DNA from: an uncultured candidate division Zixibacteria bacterium
Lineage (GTDB): Bacteria; Zixibacteria; MSB-5A5; GN15; FEB-12
Assembly: GCA_963806185.1 (NCBI GenBank)
Contig: CAWDXE010000006.1
Location: forward strand, 1-64,000
Direction: 5' to 3'
Length of the DNA stretch: 64,000 nucleotides
Position 1 is the stretch's first letter. Every line of letters starts with the position of its first letter. The notes beneath the pieces are model-generated. The model was not told the DNA's origin and ran no database searches. It saw only the letters and a program-made list of their open reading frames with translations. Both the position numbers and the translations under genes were made by a program. Positions 1 through 9,322 of this stretch are shown here, piece after piece.

Positions 1-1
1 C

Positions 2-1183
2 GACTGCGACGAGGACGACTGCGATAAGGACTTTCTGCGGACCGAGATCACCTTTGTCAATTTCGTCCGCGACCGAGCCTTGGCCGACATTCATGTACTG
101 GTGGCCAAGGAAGACAACGCCGCCGGCGGCGACAATTTCAAACTGGAATTCATCGGCAAGGCAATGTTCGACGGAATGCGCGACACGCTGCAGTTTTTCA
201 CCCAGCCCTCGGACACTGACGATAAGATTCGCACGCAACTCGCCGCTACTGTTCGGCTTGGACTGATGCGTTTTGTCGCCCGCACGCCGATCGCCCGGGA
301 CGTGGTAATTTCGTACGAGCGACCAGCCAAGCCCGCCGAGGTGAAAGACAAGTGGAACTACTGGGTGTTTGAAATCAGTATGAACGGTTGGTTCCAGGGA
401 CAGCAATCATTCAAAGAATGGCAGCTCTGGACCAACTGGCAGGCCCGGCGCGTGACCGAAAAAAACAAGCTGTACCTTTCCTTCTGGGCCGAACACAGTG
501 AGGAGGTCTACAAATATGAGGCGTGGGTGGTGGACCCGGACGATTCAATTCCGGTACTCCGTTCCTTCCGGTCAGTGAAGGCCCTGCAAAGCGAGGGGGG
601 CGAGATCGAACAATATTGGGGACTCGACGGGCACTGGTCGGTGGGCAGCGGTATCGGGTTTTCCACCTCGGAGTTCTCCAATCTCGATGGTCAGACTTAC
701 GTCTTCGGCGGACTCGAGTACAGCATCTTTCCCTACAAAGAATCGACCCGGCGTGAAATACAGCTGCGCACCACGCTGCTGGAGATCTATGCCGACTACA
801 TTGATGAGACCATTTTCAATAAGCGCAATCAATGGTTGACCAAGGGGAAGCTTTCGGCCAATATCAAATTCACACAGCCCTGGGGATCGACGGGGATATA
901 CCTGGAAGGCTCCGAGTATCTCCACGACTTTGATCGATACCGCCTCCAAATACAGGGGGATCTCTCCTTACGACTGTTCGCGGGCTTTGAGTTGGAACTC
1001 AACGGATGGGCGGCCAAGATACACGATCAGGTCTCGCTGGCCAAAGGTGACGCCACGGACGAGGACGTACTCCTGCAGCGGCGGCAGCTGGCCACCAGCT
1101 ATCAATACAATCTTTCAGTGGGGATCAGTTATACATTCGGATCGGTGTACACAAATATCGTGAATCCGCGCTTTGGCGGGTGA
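2..1183 (+). CDS. Putative outer-membrane beta-barrel protein, 5'-truncated by window edge
   Basis: Frame is open from position 2 (DCDEDDCDKDFLRTEITFVNFVRDRALADIHVL). Amphipathic beta-strands with aromatic residues; ends SVGISYTFGSVYTNIVNPRFGG. Confidence 0.65.
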   Translation, partial: DCDEDDCDKDFLRTEITFVNFVRDRALADIHVLVAKEDNAAGGDNFKLEFIGKAMFDGMRDTLQFFTQPSDTDDKIRTQLAATVRLGLMRFVARTPIARDVVISYERPAKPAEVKDKWNYWVFEISMNGWFQGQQSFKEWQLWTNWQARRVTEKNKLYLSFWAEHSEEVYKYEAWVVDPDDSIPVLRSFRSVKALQSEGGEIEQYWGLDGHWSVGSGIGFSTSEFSNLDGQTYVFGGLEYSIFPYKESTRREIQLRTTLLEIYADYIDETIFNKRNQWLTKGKLSANIKFTQPWGSTGIYLEGSEYLHDFDRYRLQIQGDLSLRLFAGFELELNGWAAKIHDQVSLAKGDATDEDVLLQRRQLATSYQYNLSVGISYTFGSVYTNIVNPRFGG

Positions 1184-1208
1184 GCGACCGTTAGCAAAGG
1201 TGCACTCC

Positions 1209-3251
1209 ATGCGGCGATCATATCAAATCTACGGCGTCGTATCAGTATTCGTCATTGCGGTGCTGATCTACTGGCGCACGGCGTATCCAGGCATCTCGTG
1301 GTGGGAAAACGGCGAATTGGCCGCAGCGGCCAGTGTGTTGGGAGTAGTGCACCCCCCGGGCTCGCTCATCCCGACAGTGGTCGGCTGGTTGTTTCTGAAA
1401 TTGCCACTGGGGTTCTCCCCCGCCTTCCAGTTGAACATTCTGGCCGGACTAGTGGCCGCCTGTGTTGCGGGGTTGACCCTGGTGATCGGTCTGCGGTTGA
1501 CGAACGGCTCTGTTCAAGGGACATCAGTCAATAAATGGATAACGACAATTGTGCTCATAGCGGCCGGTCTGGGATTCGCCTTCAGCCGTACCGTGTGGTA
1601 CAACGGGACGGTATACACACCGTACATCTTTACCGCGTTATTTACCGCAGCAATCGTATGGGCGCTCCTTCACTGGTGGGAAACAGCCGGCACGCCGGCT
1701 GATTTGCGATGGATGTTCATCATCTTCTTGTTGGTGGGACTCGACATTTCGGTGCATCGGACCAACGCCCTGCTGATTCCGGGCCTGGGGGCGGCTTTCT
1801 TGTTGTGCCACTGGAGAACGGTGCTGTCGTGGCGAGCCTGGCTGGCGGGTATCGTCGGGCTGGCGGTCGGCCTGAGTTTCTTCCTGATCACCATGCCTAT
1901 GGCAGCCGCACACCCGGCGTTGAATGCAAACGACCCGAGCACGTTTGGCCGGTTCTGGGATTACTTCACGGTCAAGCAGTACGGGGGCGGTTTTCTGGTT
2001 GACATCTATCCCCGCAAGGGAGCGTTCTGGTCCGATCAGGTGGCCGATTACCTGACCGGCTTCTTCGCCAATTTCGCCAACACCAGCGGGCCGCTGGGAC
2101 CGCTGGGCGGGCTTCCGTTCATCATGGGTATAGTCGGTATGGGGTCCCTATTCCAACGCGACAAGAAACTCGCGAGCGCGCTATTGATTCTGTTTCTCTG
2201 CACGAGCCTGGGCGCGATCATTTATTTCAACGTACCGGCAAACTACTTCCGGGCGATGGACCGGCATTACCTGCCGTCATTTGTCATCTTCGGACTATTG
2301 GCCATCGCGGGGGCCATGTCATTCATCCAATGGCTGCAGTCATTCGCTTTCGGCCGATGGGCACCGTTGATCGGCGCGGCCGTACTTCTCCTGATGCCGA
2401 TTGCGCAGGTAGCGGCCAACTTCAAGGTGCTGGATAATTCCGAAAACTATGCCGCCATTGATACGGGAAACAACATGCTGCAATCGGTGCCGGAGAACGG
2501 CATATTGATCGTGGCGGGCGATGCTGACACGTACGCTGTATGGTACCTCCAAATCGCCGAGCGGATGCGCCCGGATGTGACATCGCTGAATATCAGCCTG
2601 CTCAATACACAATGGTATGTTCGCCAGATGCTGAATGAGGACTCCAGCCTGGGTATCACGCTCACAGATTCCGAACTGGCCGGGTTGGGACTCACCCAGT
2701 GGCGCGACACGACGATCGCAATCCCGCTGGCACACTCATTCACCCGACCGGACAACACAACCATCGACACGGCGCACATGCGTTTTCCCCCAACCATGCA
2801 GGAACGGTATGTGTTAGGGCAGGATGTGATGATTCGTCGAATACTGTGCGGTAATGCCTGGCGACGGCCGGTGTACGCATCGTCGTTTGCCTTCGGCCAG
2901 CTCGGCTGGCTCGCACCGTACAGTCAATGCGAGGGGATAGTGAGGCAGATCATGCCTTATCAGGATCCTCGGCCGAATGTCGGATTGATTGAGCAACGGT
3001 TCCTGCATGACTACCGCCTGCGCGGCTTTTCGGATTCGACCAGAACGCTTGACTGGATGACACAGGGCATCGGCCGGGGGATGTGGGGTGAGTTCTTCTA
3101 TTTGTTGACCAGTACCGACGACCTCGCCCAGCGGCAGAAGTGGCGTGACGCGATGCAGGAGCGGCTACCCCTGGACCGGCTTGATCCGCCGTCTCAAATG
3201 ACCCAGGCTGTTGAATCGCTCTGCGGAGAGGTCAAGACACCTCAGAAGTGA
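1209..3251 (+). CDS. DUF2723 / TMEM260-like multi-pass membrane glycosyltransferase (GT-C-like)
   Basis: N-terminal WWENGE...GVVHPPG motif, ~11 hydrophobic segments, DRHYLPSF and GDADTY motifs. ATG at 1209 preferred as start. Confidence 0.8.
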   Translation: MRRSYQIYGVVSVFVIAVLIYWRTAYPGISWWENGELAAAASVLGVVHPPGSLIPTVVGWLFLKLPLGFSPAFQLNILAGLVAACVAGLTLVIGLRLTNGSVQGTSVNKWITTIVLIAAGLGFAFSRTVWYNGTVYTPYIFTALFTAAIVWALLHWWETAGTPADLRWMFIIFLLVGLDISVHRTNALLIPGLGAAFLLCHWRTVLSWRAWLAGIVGLAVGLSFFLITMPMAAAHPALNANDPSTFGRFWDYFTVKQYGGGFLVDIYPRKGAFWSDQVADYLTGFFANFANTSGPLGPLGGLPFIMGIVGMGSLFQRDKKLASALLILFLCTSLGAIIYFNVPANYFRAMDRHYLPSFVIFGLLAIAGAMSFIQWLQSFAFGRWAPLIGAAVLLLMPIAQVAANFKVLDNSENYAAIDTGNNMLQSVPENGILIVAGDADTYAVWYLQIAERMRPDVTSLNISLLNTQWYVRQMLNEDSSLGITLTDSELAGLGLTQWRDTTIAIPLAHSFTRPDNTTIDTAHMRFPPTMQERYVLGQDVMIRRILCGNAWRRPVYASSFAFGQLGWLAPYSQCEGIVRQIMPYQDPRPNVGLIEQRFLHDYRLRGFSDSTRTLDWMTQGIGRGMWGEFFYLLTSTDDLAQRQKWRDAMQERLPLDRLDPPSQMTQAVESLCGEVKTPQK

Positions 3252-3264
3252 CTCCGACACGACA

Positions 3265-3300
3265 AAGCCGGCAGGTAGGAGATTACCTGCCGGCTTGTTT
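3265..3300. terminator. Intrinsic terminator between convergent genes, probably bidirectional
   Basis: Perfect 13-bp stem AAGCCGGCAGGTA/TACCTGCCGGCTT with a 6-nt loop, short A/T-rich flanks. Confidence 0.8.
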
Positions 3301-3325
3301 GTGTGCAGTGTGATGCGAAAGGGGT

Positions 3326-5956
3326 TTACTTCTTCTTCGCCAGCTCTTCAACCATCTGCTTCAGCTCTTCCACCTGAGCTTTTAGGTCAGTGTTTTCTTT
3401 CTTAAGCTGTTTGATGGCCGCCAGCGCGATGCCTGACGGATCGATGGTCGAGATGGTTTTATCGCTGTTCCCCACGCCGAAAGCGGCTTTGAAATCCTGA
3501 GCGGTCGGTCCAATATGCTTGACCTCGTCCGATTCCGCTCGATAATTCCACTCCGAAATGGGAAGCTCTTCGATCTTGTTGAGAATCTCTTCGCCGTCAA
3601 CCGGCTGGAAGTTTTCCTTGAGATTCTTGTCCGAAGCGTTAACCCAGTCGCCGGCATTGGTCAATCGCGCACCGCTGGAGTGATGGATGGGGGCGTCCGG
3701 AAGCATTTCATTAATGCCGATTCTCCCCTGGCCGTCGATGACGATGGTCGGCGTTCCCGAACCGTTGCTCAGCGTGAGTGTCGCACTGGCATCACCGGCC
3801 GAGAGTGAGGCGCTTGATGAACTCAAGCCCGACGAGCGCGACAACTGTATCGTGGTGCCGTCGCCGGTCATGACATGAATCACGCCTGACACCCCACTTG
3901 ACGTGGAACTGCTCAACTGCATCTGCGCGGTCCCGGCCGTGTCACACGAGATGTCGGATTCGGCCGATGACGCTCCGTTAGTCGTCCGCAGATTGCTGGA
4001 ACACTTGGTGCGATTCGCTTTTTCTTTCGCCTTCATGAGCGCCGGCATGAGCATTCCCGGCGGCGTATACGTCACCGCTGTCTCATGCGACGCCGAATCG
4101 GCCTCACAACGCGTGGACGCCGTCGACCATTGCGAACCGTTGGTCACCTGCAACCCAACACGCGCGCTCTGTGGATCAACCGTGTCGGCAATGATGTTAT
4201 CCTGCGTGGGGATGTCGCCGTTCTGGAACTTCTGGTAGAGATAGCTTCTCGTTTCCTCGGAGGCCGACTTGCACGAGCCCTCAGGAACGTCGTCGTGATT
4301 CAGATCGACCGAGACAGTCGTCGACGCGCTCTTGGAATCGATGAGCGCCGAGAATTGACTCTGGGTCGGCTTGTCGCCGCGCTCGAAATAGCTCTTTAGA
4401 ATTGAGCGATCGACTGAGGTCTTCGAACTGGTGCCGACATCCGGCACGCCGTCATGATCGACATCAACGGAGGCCTCGACTGTGGCGTCGGAATTGTCGA
4501 CTTTCTGCCATACGGTGCGTTCGGCATGGCCGTCGCCGTCGTCATCCATGTCGCAACCAGTCACCGAACCGGAGCTATCGGACGTGCTTCCGAAACTTGA
4601 GCGTCTCCCGCTGAGCTCTACTTTGAAGCCGCGCACCTGGGCAAACTTGTCATCAGCTACAGCCGAGCATGAAACCTCGGGCACGCTGTCGCCATCGTCG
4701 TCGATTTCACATCGGTGAATTGCGCTCGCCGGTCCGGTGGAGCCCGACACCAGCACAAGTCTGGCATTGCTGGCGCCGGTACCTTTAGTCTTGATCGCCA
4801 TGGCGGAGCTCGTAGGTGTGAGCGATGAGGTGACGCTCGACGCCCCCAGCAAGCCCATGCTTTGCAATCTTGCTTCCAATTCGTTCAAGCGAACGCGCAC
4901 ATTGGAGGACGATGATGCGTCAGGGTTGCTCACTTCGGTGGAAACGGTCGCCGAGTCGGGCATCAGCTTCACACTGTGGCCCTCGAAATCGGTGCCGTTC
5001 CAGCGAATGGTGCCGGAGTACGCTCCGTCAGCGTCGACACTGTCGACAACCTGACTCTGAGTCGGTACGTCGCCGCTCTGAAAGTACGTCTTCAGTATTG
5101 ACCGGGACAATTTCGCAGACGACGATGAACCAACGTCGGGTGTGCCGTCGTCGTCGACGTCTACGCCAACCAGGCTCAGCGCTTCAGAATTATCCACTTT
5201 CTGCCAGGCGGTCCGATCGGCATGGCCGTCGCCGTCAAGATCAGCGACAACAACAACCGAGCCGCCCGCTCCACCGCCGCCGCCACCGCTGCCGGCTGTC
5301 GTCGTGACGCGGGAGTCGGAGAGGCCGTCGCCATCGTCATCACAGTCGAGATAATGCTGCAATTTGCCGGGCGTTGCTTCGGTCCTGGCATTCCCCCAAT
5401 GAGCCTGCCCCGGACTGTACAAGCGAAGCCCGAGCAGGGCGCGATCGTCCGCTAGATGAACGTAGCTATCGATGAGTCCGGAGAAACTCGATCGCGAGGC
5501 ATCTATTCTGGTCGTGTCGTTTCCTACGCCCATGTGCAAACTGCCGTGACCGGGGACATCGCTGCTCACCCCACCGGCCAGTGCAGCAGCCGGCACGGAA
5601 CCCAATCTAAGCCGAGGCAGGAGTGGTGTGCCGCTAATCGACTGTTGCAGGTAGAGATCATCACTCGAGTGGTCCGAGAAGAGGGTTCCGAAGCTGCTCG
5701 AACGCCCGAGCTCGCAGGAGAACAAACCATTCTTCACCTGGATGTCCTGGAGTTCACTCCAGACCATACTTCCGCCAACGGAATCGGTCCAGATACTGAA
5801 CGTGATGGCGTAGAAGCCGTCACTAACCGGCGTATCGTCTGAACCCAGCAGACGACCCTGGTGGCTGATGGTGTTGGACGCACCCGAGGCGGTAAGCGCC
5901 GACAGGCAGACCAGGAAAGTGGCGACGAGAATCGACAGACGTGGAAAGCGCATCAA
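3326..5956 (-). CDS. Secreted fibre-like protein with C-terminal peptidase S74 intramolecular chaperone and mosaic central region
   Basis: Signal peptide; N-domain TISHQGRLL...VKNGLFSCELG; multiple DxDxDG loops; S74 motif SDKNLKENF...WNY...HIGPTAQDF followed by a coiled coil. Confidence 0.85.
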   Translation of the reverse strand: MMRFPRLSILVATFLVCLSALTASGASNTISHQGRLLGSDDTPVSDGFYAITFSIWTDSVGGSMVWSELQDIQVKNGLFSCELGRSSSFGTLFSDHSSDDLYLQQSISGTPLLPRLRLGSVPAAALAGGVSSDVPGHGSLHMGVGNDTTRIDASRSSFSGLIDSYVHLADDRALLGLRLYSPGQAHWGNARTEATPGKLQHYLDCDDDGDGLSDSRVTTTAGSGGGGGGAGGSVVVVADLDGDGHADRTAWQKVDNSEALSLVGVDVDDDGTPDVGSSSSAKLSRSILKTYFQSGDVPTQSQVVDSVDADGAYSGTIRWNGTDFEGHSVKLMPDSATVSTEVSNPDASSSSNVRVRLNELEARLQSMGLLGASSVTSSLTPTSSAMAIKTKGTGASNARLVLVSGSTGPASAIHRCEIDDDGDSVPEVSCSAVADDKFAQVRGFKVELSGRRSSFGSTSDSSGSVTGCDMDDDGDGHAERTVWQKVDNSDATVEASVDVDHDGVPDVGTSSKTSVDRSILKSYFERGDKPTQSQFSALIDSKSASTTVSVDLNHDDVPEGSCKSASEETRSYLYQKFQNGDIPTQDNIIADTVDPQSARVGLQVTNGSQWSTASTRCEADSASHETAVTYTPPGMLMPALMKAKEKANRTKCSSNLRTTNGASSAESDISCDTAGTAQMQLSSSTSSGVSGVIHVMTGDGTTIQLSRSSGLSSSSASLSAGDASATLTLSNGSGTPTIVIDGQGRIGINEMLPDAPIHHSSGARLTNAGDWVNASDKNLKENFQPVDGEEILNKIEELPISEWNYRAESDEVKHIGPTAQDFKAAFGVGNSDKTISTIDPSGIALAAIKQLKKENTDLKAQVEELKQMVEELAKKK
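4355..5236 (-). repeat. Internal 62-aa duplication in the fibre protein (copies 5051-5236 and 4355-4540)
   Basis: DGDGHADRTAWQKVDNS...RSILKTYFQSGDVPTQSQ aligns without gaps to DGDGHAERTVWQKVDNS...RSILKSYFERGDKPTQSQ, offset 232 aa. Confidence 0.9.
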
Positions 5957-6259
5957 TGGCTCCTTGGAGAGTTGAGGTGCATTCGCGTTGTAAGTTCGCG
6001 GAGCTCAGGTAAGAACGGTTGCAGTATGAGCCCGGACTGCGAACAGTTTCGTCTCACAAATATACTGACCGTCTCGTACGATACAAGAGAAAATTGACCC
6101 ATCGCGTCCCTTTCGGGGATACAGTAGGCAGTGGTCGCTCACCATGAAAATAGAAGACTGGTTTTGTCCTCTCTTACTGCCTTGTCTTTTGGACCGATTT
6201 TTGTATACTGAACGATTGGAAGACAACACCCAGCCATTGGGTTTACAGCTAAGGCAGGT

Positions 6260-7321
6260 ATGAAAGGTAAACGAGTACTAGTCACCGGCGGCGCCGGCTT
6301 CCTCGGGTATCATCTGGCGCAGAATCTCCCCCGCTACGGAGTCGCCTTCATGGCGTTTAACGATATCGCGCCATTTTTCGAAAACGAGTACCCCAAGGGG
6401 AGTCTGCTGGTCAATGTCGATGTCCGCGATGCCGACGCCATGTACCGGCTCATCAAAGACAACAAGATTGAGATCATCGTTCACTGCGCCGCCGCTCTCC
6501 CGCTTTGGCCGCGCGAAGAGATCATGTCGACCAATATCGCCGGGGTCCGCAATACCCTGGAGCAGGCCCGTAAGGCGGGTGTGGAGCGGGTGATTTTCAT
6601 CAGTTCGACCGCCGTCTACGGAGTGCCGGAAAGGCACCCGCTGGTCGAAACCGACCCGGTTGAGGGTGTCGGGGCGTACGGCGAGTCGAAGATCGCCGGT
6701 GAGGCGGTCTGCGCTGAATTTCGCGATCAGGGGATGTGTGTACCGGTGATCCGCCCCAAGACGTTTATCGGAACTGCCCGGTTGGGCGTGTTTCAGATCC
6801 TGTACGATTGGGTCGATGCCGGCAAGCGGATCCCGATTATCGGCAAGGGCGAAAACCTGTACCAGTTGCTCGAGGTCACCGATCTGGTCGACGCGATCTA
6901 TCTGGCCGGGAGCGCGCCGCCTGATATCGCCAACGACATTTTCAATGTCGGCGCACAGCAGTTCAAGAAGGTGAAGCAGGATGTCGGCGCGCTGTGTGAT
7001 TTTGCCGGCAACGGCGCGCGCGTGATGCCGACTCCGGCGCCGCTCGTGAAGGGGGCGCTGGCGGTGTTTGAGTTCCTGAAGATTTCGCCGCTTTACAAGT
7101 GGATTTACGGAACGGCGGACAAGGACTCGTTTGTATCGACGGAGAAGATTCAGAAGAAACTGGGGTGGAATTCGAAGTATTCCAACGAGGACGCGTTGAT
7201 TACGTCGCACAAATGGTATCTGGAGCACAAGGAAGAATTGGCGCGCCAGCACAAGACGGGCGTGACGCACCGTGTAGGCTGGGATCAGGGGATACTGAAA
7301 GTGTTCAAGAGGTGGTTGTAG
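6260..7321 (+). CDS. NAD-dependent epimerase/dehydratase (extended SDR)
   Basis: TGGAGFLG Rossmann motif, SSTAVYG, YGESK catalytic YxxxK. Confidence 0.9.
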   Translation: MKGKRVLVTGGAGFLGYHLAQNLPRYGVAFMAFNDIAPFFENEYPKGSLLVNVDVRDADAMYRLIKDNKIEIIVHCAAALPLWPREEIMSTNIAGVRNTLEQARKAGVERVIFISSTAVYGVPERHPLVETDPVEGVGAYGESKIAGEAVCAEFRDQGMCVPVIRPKTFIGTARLGVFQILYDWVDAGKRIPIIGKGENLYQLLEVTDLVDAIYLAGSAPPDIANDIFNVGAQQFKKVKQDVGALCDFAGNGARVMPTPAPLVKGALAVFEFLKISPLYKWIYGTADKDSFVSTEKIQKKLGWNSKYSNEDALITSHKWYLEHKEELARQHKTGVTHRVGWDQGILKVFKRWL

Positions 7322-7338
7322 GGGGGCTCAAGTAAACC

Positions 7339-7378
7339 GTAGGGCAGCACCGATGCGATTCTTCGAGCGGGTGCTGCC
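7339..7378 (+). repeat. GTAG-family REP, type A
   Basis: GTAGGGCAGCACC-GATGCGATTCTTCGAGCG-GGTGCTGCC hairpin with GTAG foot. Confidence 0.9.
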
Positions 7379-7509
7379 AATCCTGCTGCTTTTCTATCAA
7401 AATGTGATACCCTTTCCTGCGTTTTTGCGTATTGGTCAGTTACACCATGCAGTCAGCTGCCATTCAGGCGCAATGCTGCAAATAACCAAAGCCGCCCAAG
7501 GGACAAGCT

Positions 7510-7923
7510 ATGGCAAATGTTACCCAGTCGGACATCGATCAGGTCATGGAGCACATCCACTCGATCTTTCGGGCATACATCAGTAAGGATCGAAAGACCA
7601 TTCGCGACCTGCACGCCCCGGATTGGATCGGTTTCCAGGGGCCGAGCCGGCAAATTGAGCGCGGCATCGACGCCTACATGCGCAACGCCGACAAATCGCT
7701 GGAGCATCTGACCGGTATCGGTTTTGCAATTCTCGACACTGAGATTCAGACCGCGGATAACCTGATTCTCGTGTATTATGTCGCCCGATATGATTACGCC
7801 GACGAGACTGGTGAGACGAAATCCCTGCCGCTCCGGTCCATTGACGTGTATAGGAAGATCGACGGCCAGTGGAACCAGATCGGTTCGCACATCGGGGTGA
7901 TCCCCGGAGGAGAGAATTGGTAA
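7510..7923 (+). CDS. NTF2-like / DUF4440 (SnoaL-like) protein
   Basis: 137 aa; LHAPDWIGF and RSIDVYRKIDGQWNQIGSH pattern typical of the NTF2-like fold. Confidence 0.75.
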   Translation: MANVTQSDIDQVMEHIHSIFRAYISKDRKTIRDLHAPDWIGFQGPSRQIERGIDAYMRNADKSLEHLTGIGFAILDTEIQTADNLILVYYVARYDYADETGETKSLPLRSIDVYRKIDGQWNQIGSHIGVIPGGENW

Positions 7924-7926
7924 ACC

Positions 7927-8034
7927 GTAGGGCAGCACTGATGCGAGTCTTCGAGCGGGTGCTGCTATCTCTTGGAATTCATGGACACTCCCGGCAGCAT
8001 CCGGCGCTCAGAAGCGCCATCGATGCTGCCCTAC
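7927..8034. repeat. Inverted REP pair (REPIN/BIME-like): type A (+) 7927-7966 and type B (-) 7993-8034
   Basis: Starts GTAGGGCAGCAC, ends GATGCTGCCCTAC; each unit is a hairpin. Confidence 0.9.
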
Positions 8035-8114
8035 AATGCAAGTCATGATTGCGCCAGCGCCGTCCGATCGATACCTTTAGTCAGCAACAAGGGTGCTCGA
8101 CGCCTGAGGAATTC

Positions 8115-8789
8115 ATGCGCATCTATCAAACCAGCCTCGCCAAGACCGTTGACTCCGTCAACGAAGCTTACTTTTTCAATCAGCCGGTTACTCGCACCGA
8201 ACGTGAAAAGGTTGCTGCCTTCATCGCCGGCCGGGAAAGCAAACCCGGCGCCTACGGCGGCATGTTCGCCCCTACCTCCGCAGATCAGAAAAACGGCATC
8301 CGGCTGTTCACCGGCGAAGAGGTTCCGCCATCCGCCGCCCTGCGCCACATCTCCGGCGAGGAGGCCTGCCGGGCTCTGATTCTCCTCGACAGTCGTGCAT
8401 CAGACGTGCAGGCGGCGCTGGCTCGCGCCACCACCGGCATGCTCGCCCAACTTGACCGATCCCGCAATGTCACCAAAGGATTCTTCTGCTGCGGCAAATG
8501 CGATCCTTCGCTCTGGCGTCACATCAGCGCCGGTGGCCTGCGCGGAGCCGAAATGTGGCTGGAGATCGGGTTGAAAACTCTCCGGGCGCATCGCATCGGT
8601 AATGGTCAGTGGCAGCGCTTCCCGTTTTGGTTCACGCTGCTGGCGCTGATTGATGTTGACCATGCTGCGGCAATCCAGGAGATGCGGTATGCTGCGTCGA
8701 GATGCGAGCGCAGTGTGCGCACGACTCCGACTACCGATTATGCTCGTCGTCGCCGGGCAGTGGCGGAGCGCATCCTGACGCGGTGCTGA
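8115..8789 (+). CDS. Hypothetical protein with CCGKC motif
   Basis: GAGGA RBS at 8106-8110 before ATG 8115; FFCCGKC and WQRFPFWFTLLAL segments. Confidence 0.6.
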   Translation: MRIYQTSLAKTVDSVNEAYFFNQPVTRTEREKVAAFIAGRESKPGAYGGMFAPTSADQKNGIRLFTGEEVPPSAALRHISGEEACRALILLDSRASDVQAALARATTGMLAQLDRSRNVTKGFFCCGKCDPSLWRHISAGGLRGAEMWLEIGLKTLRAHRIGNGQWQRFPFWFTLLALIDVDHAAAIQEMRYAASRCERSVRTTPTTDYARRRRAVAERILTRC

Positions 8790-8798
8790 CTGGCGACA

Positions 8799-9160
8799 CT
8801 ATTTTTTCGACCGCAACGAGCCTGCCGGGCGCTTCTTATTGTTATCTGCCGGCTCGAACCCAATCCGCCGGCGCTGTGGTTCATCCGGAGTCATCAACCG
8901 CCGAATTGCGTCGAATACAATGGTGAACTTTGCGTCATACTTCTTCTCCAATTCCTCCAGCTTGCGCGCCAAATCGGCATGCGTGGCCAATAACTGTCGA
9001 AGGCGAACAAACGCGCGGACGACGAATATGCTCATCTCGGCGGCGCGAGGCGAGTTGAGCACGCTGGCCAACATGAGGGCGCCATGTTCGGTGAAGGCGT
9101 AGGGGAGATGGCGCCTGCCTCCACGGCCGCTTGTTGAGGTCGCATTTTGCGACCTCAAAA
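8799..9160 (-). pseudogene. 5'-truncated ORF6N-domain DNA-binding protein
   Basis: LRSQNATS...GGRRHLPYAFTEHGALMLASVLNSPRA...RRIGF is the C-terminal half of this family. The N-terminal half is absent and REPs sit in its place from 9167. Confidence 0.8.
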
Positions 9161-9166
9161 AGGTCC

Positions 9167-9322
9167 GTAGGTCAGCACCGATGTGAGACTTCGAGCGGGT
9201 GCTGCCAATTACGTGGTTGTGTGGTCCGCTTCGGCAGCATCCGGCGCTAAGAAGCGCCATCGATGCTGCCCTACATTTCAGCCAAGCAGTAGGGCAGTAC
9301 CGAAGCGAGGGTTCTGCCCTAC
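9167..9322. repeat. REP cluster: type A (+) 9167-9206, type B (-) 9233-9274, short self-complementary GTAG...CTAC unit 9289-9322
   Basis: The first two units are near-identical to the 7927-8034 pair. Confidence 0.9.

Noticed and set aside
3326..5956. Prophage or tail-fibre locus
   Set aside because: No other phage genes nearby, and the protein has a signal peptide.
6278..7270. 330-aa antisense ORF (likewise 22261-23325, 34291-35178, 47803-48615, 60595-61866, 62481-63419)
   Set aside because: Shadow ORFs opposite well-supported genes in GC-rich DNA, with no recognisable motifs.
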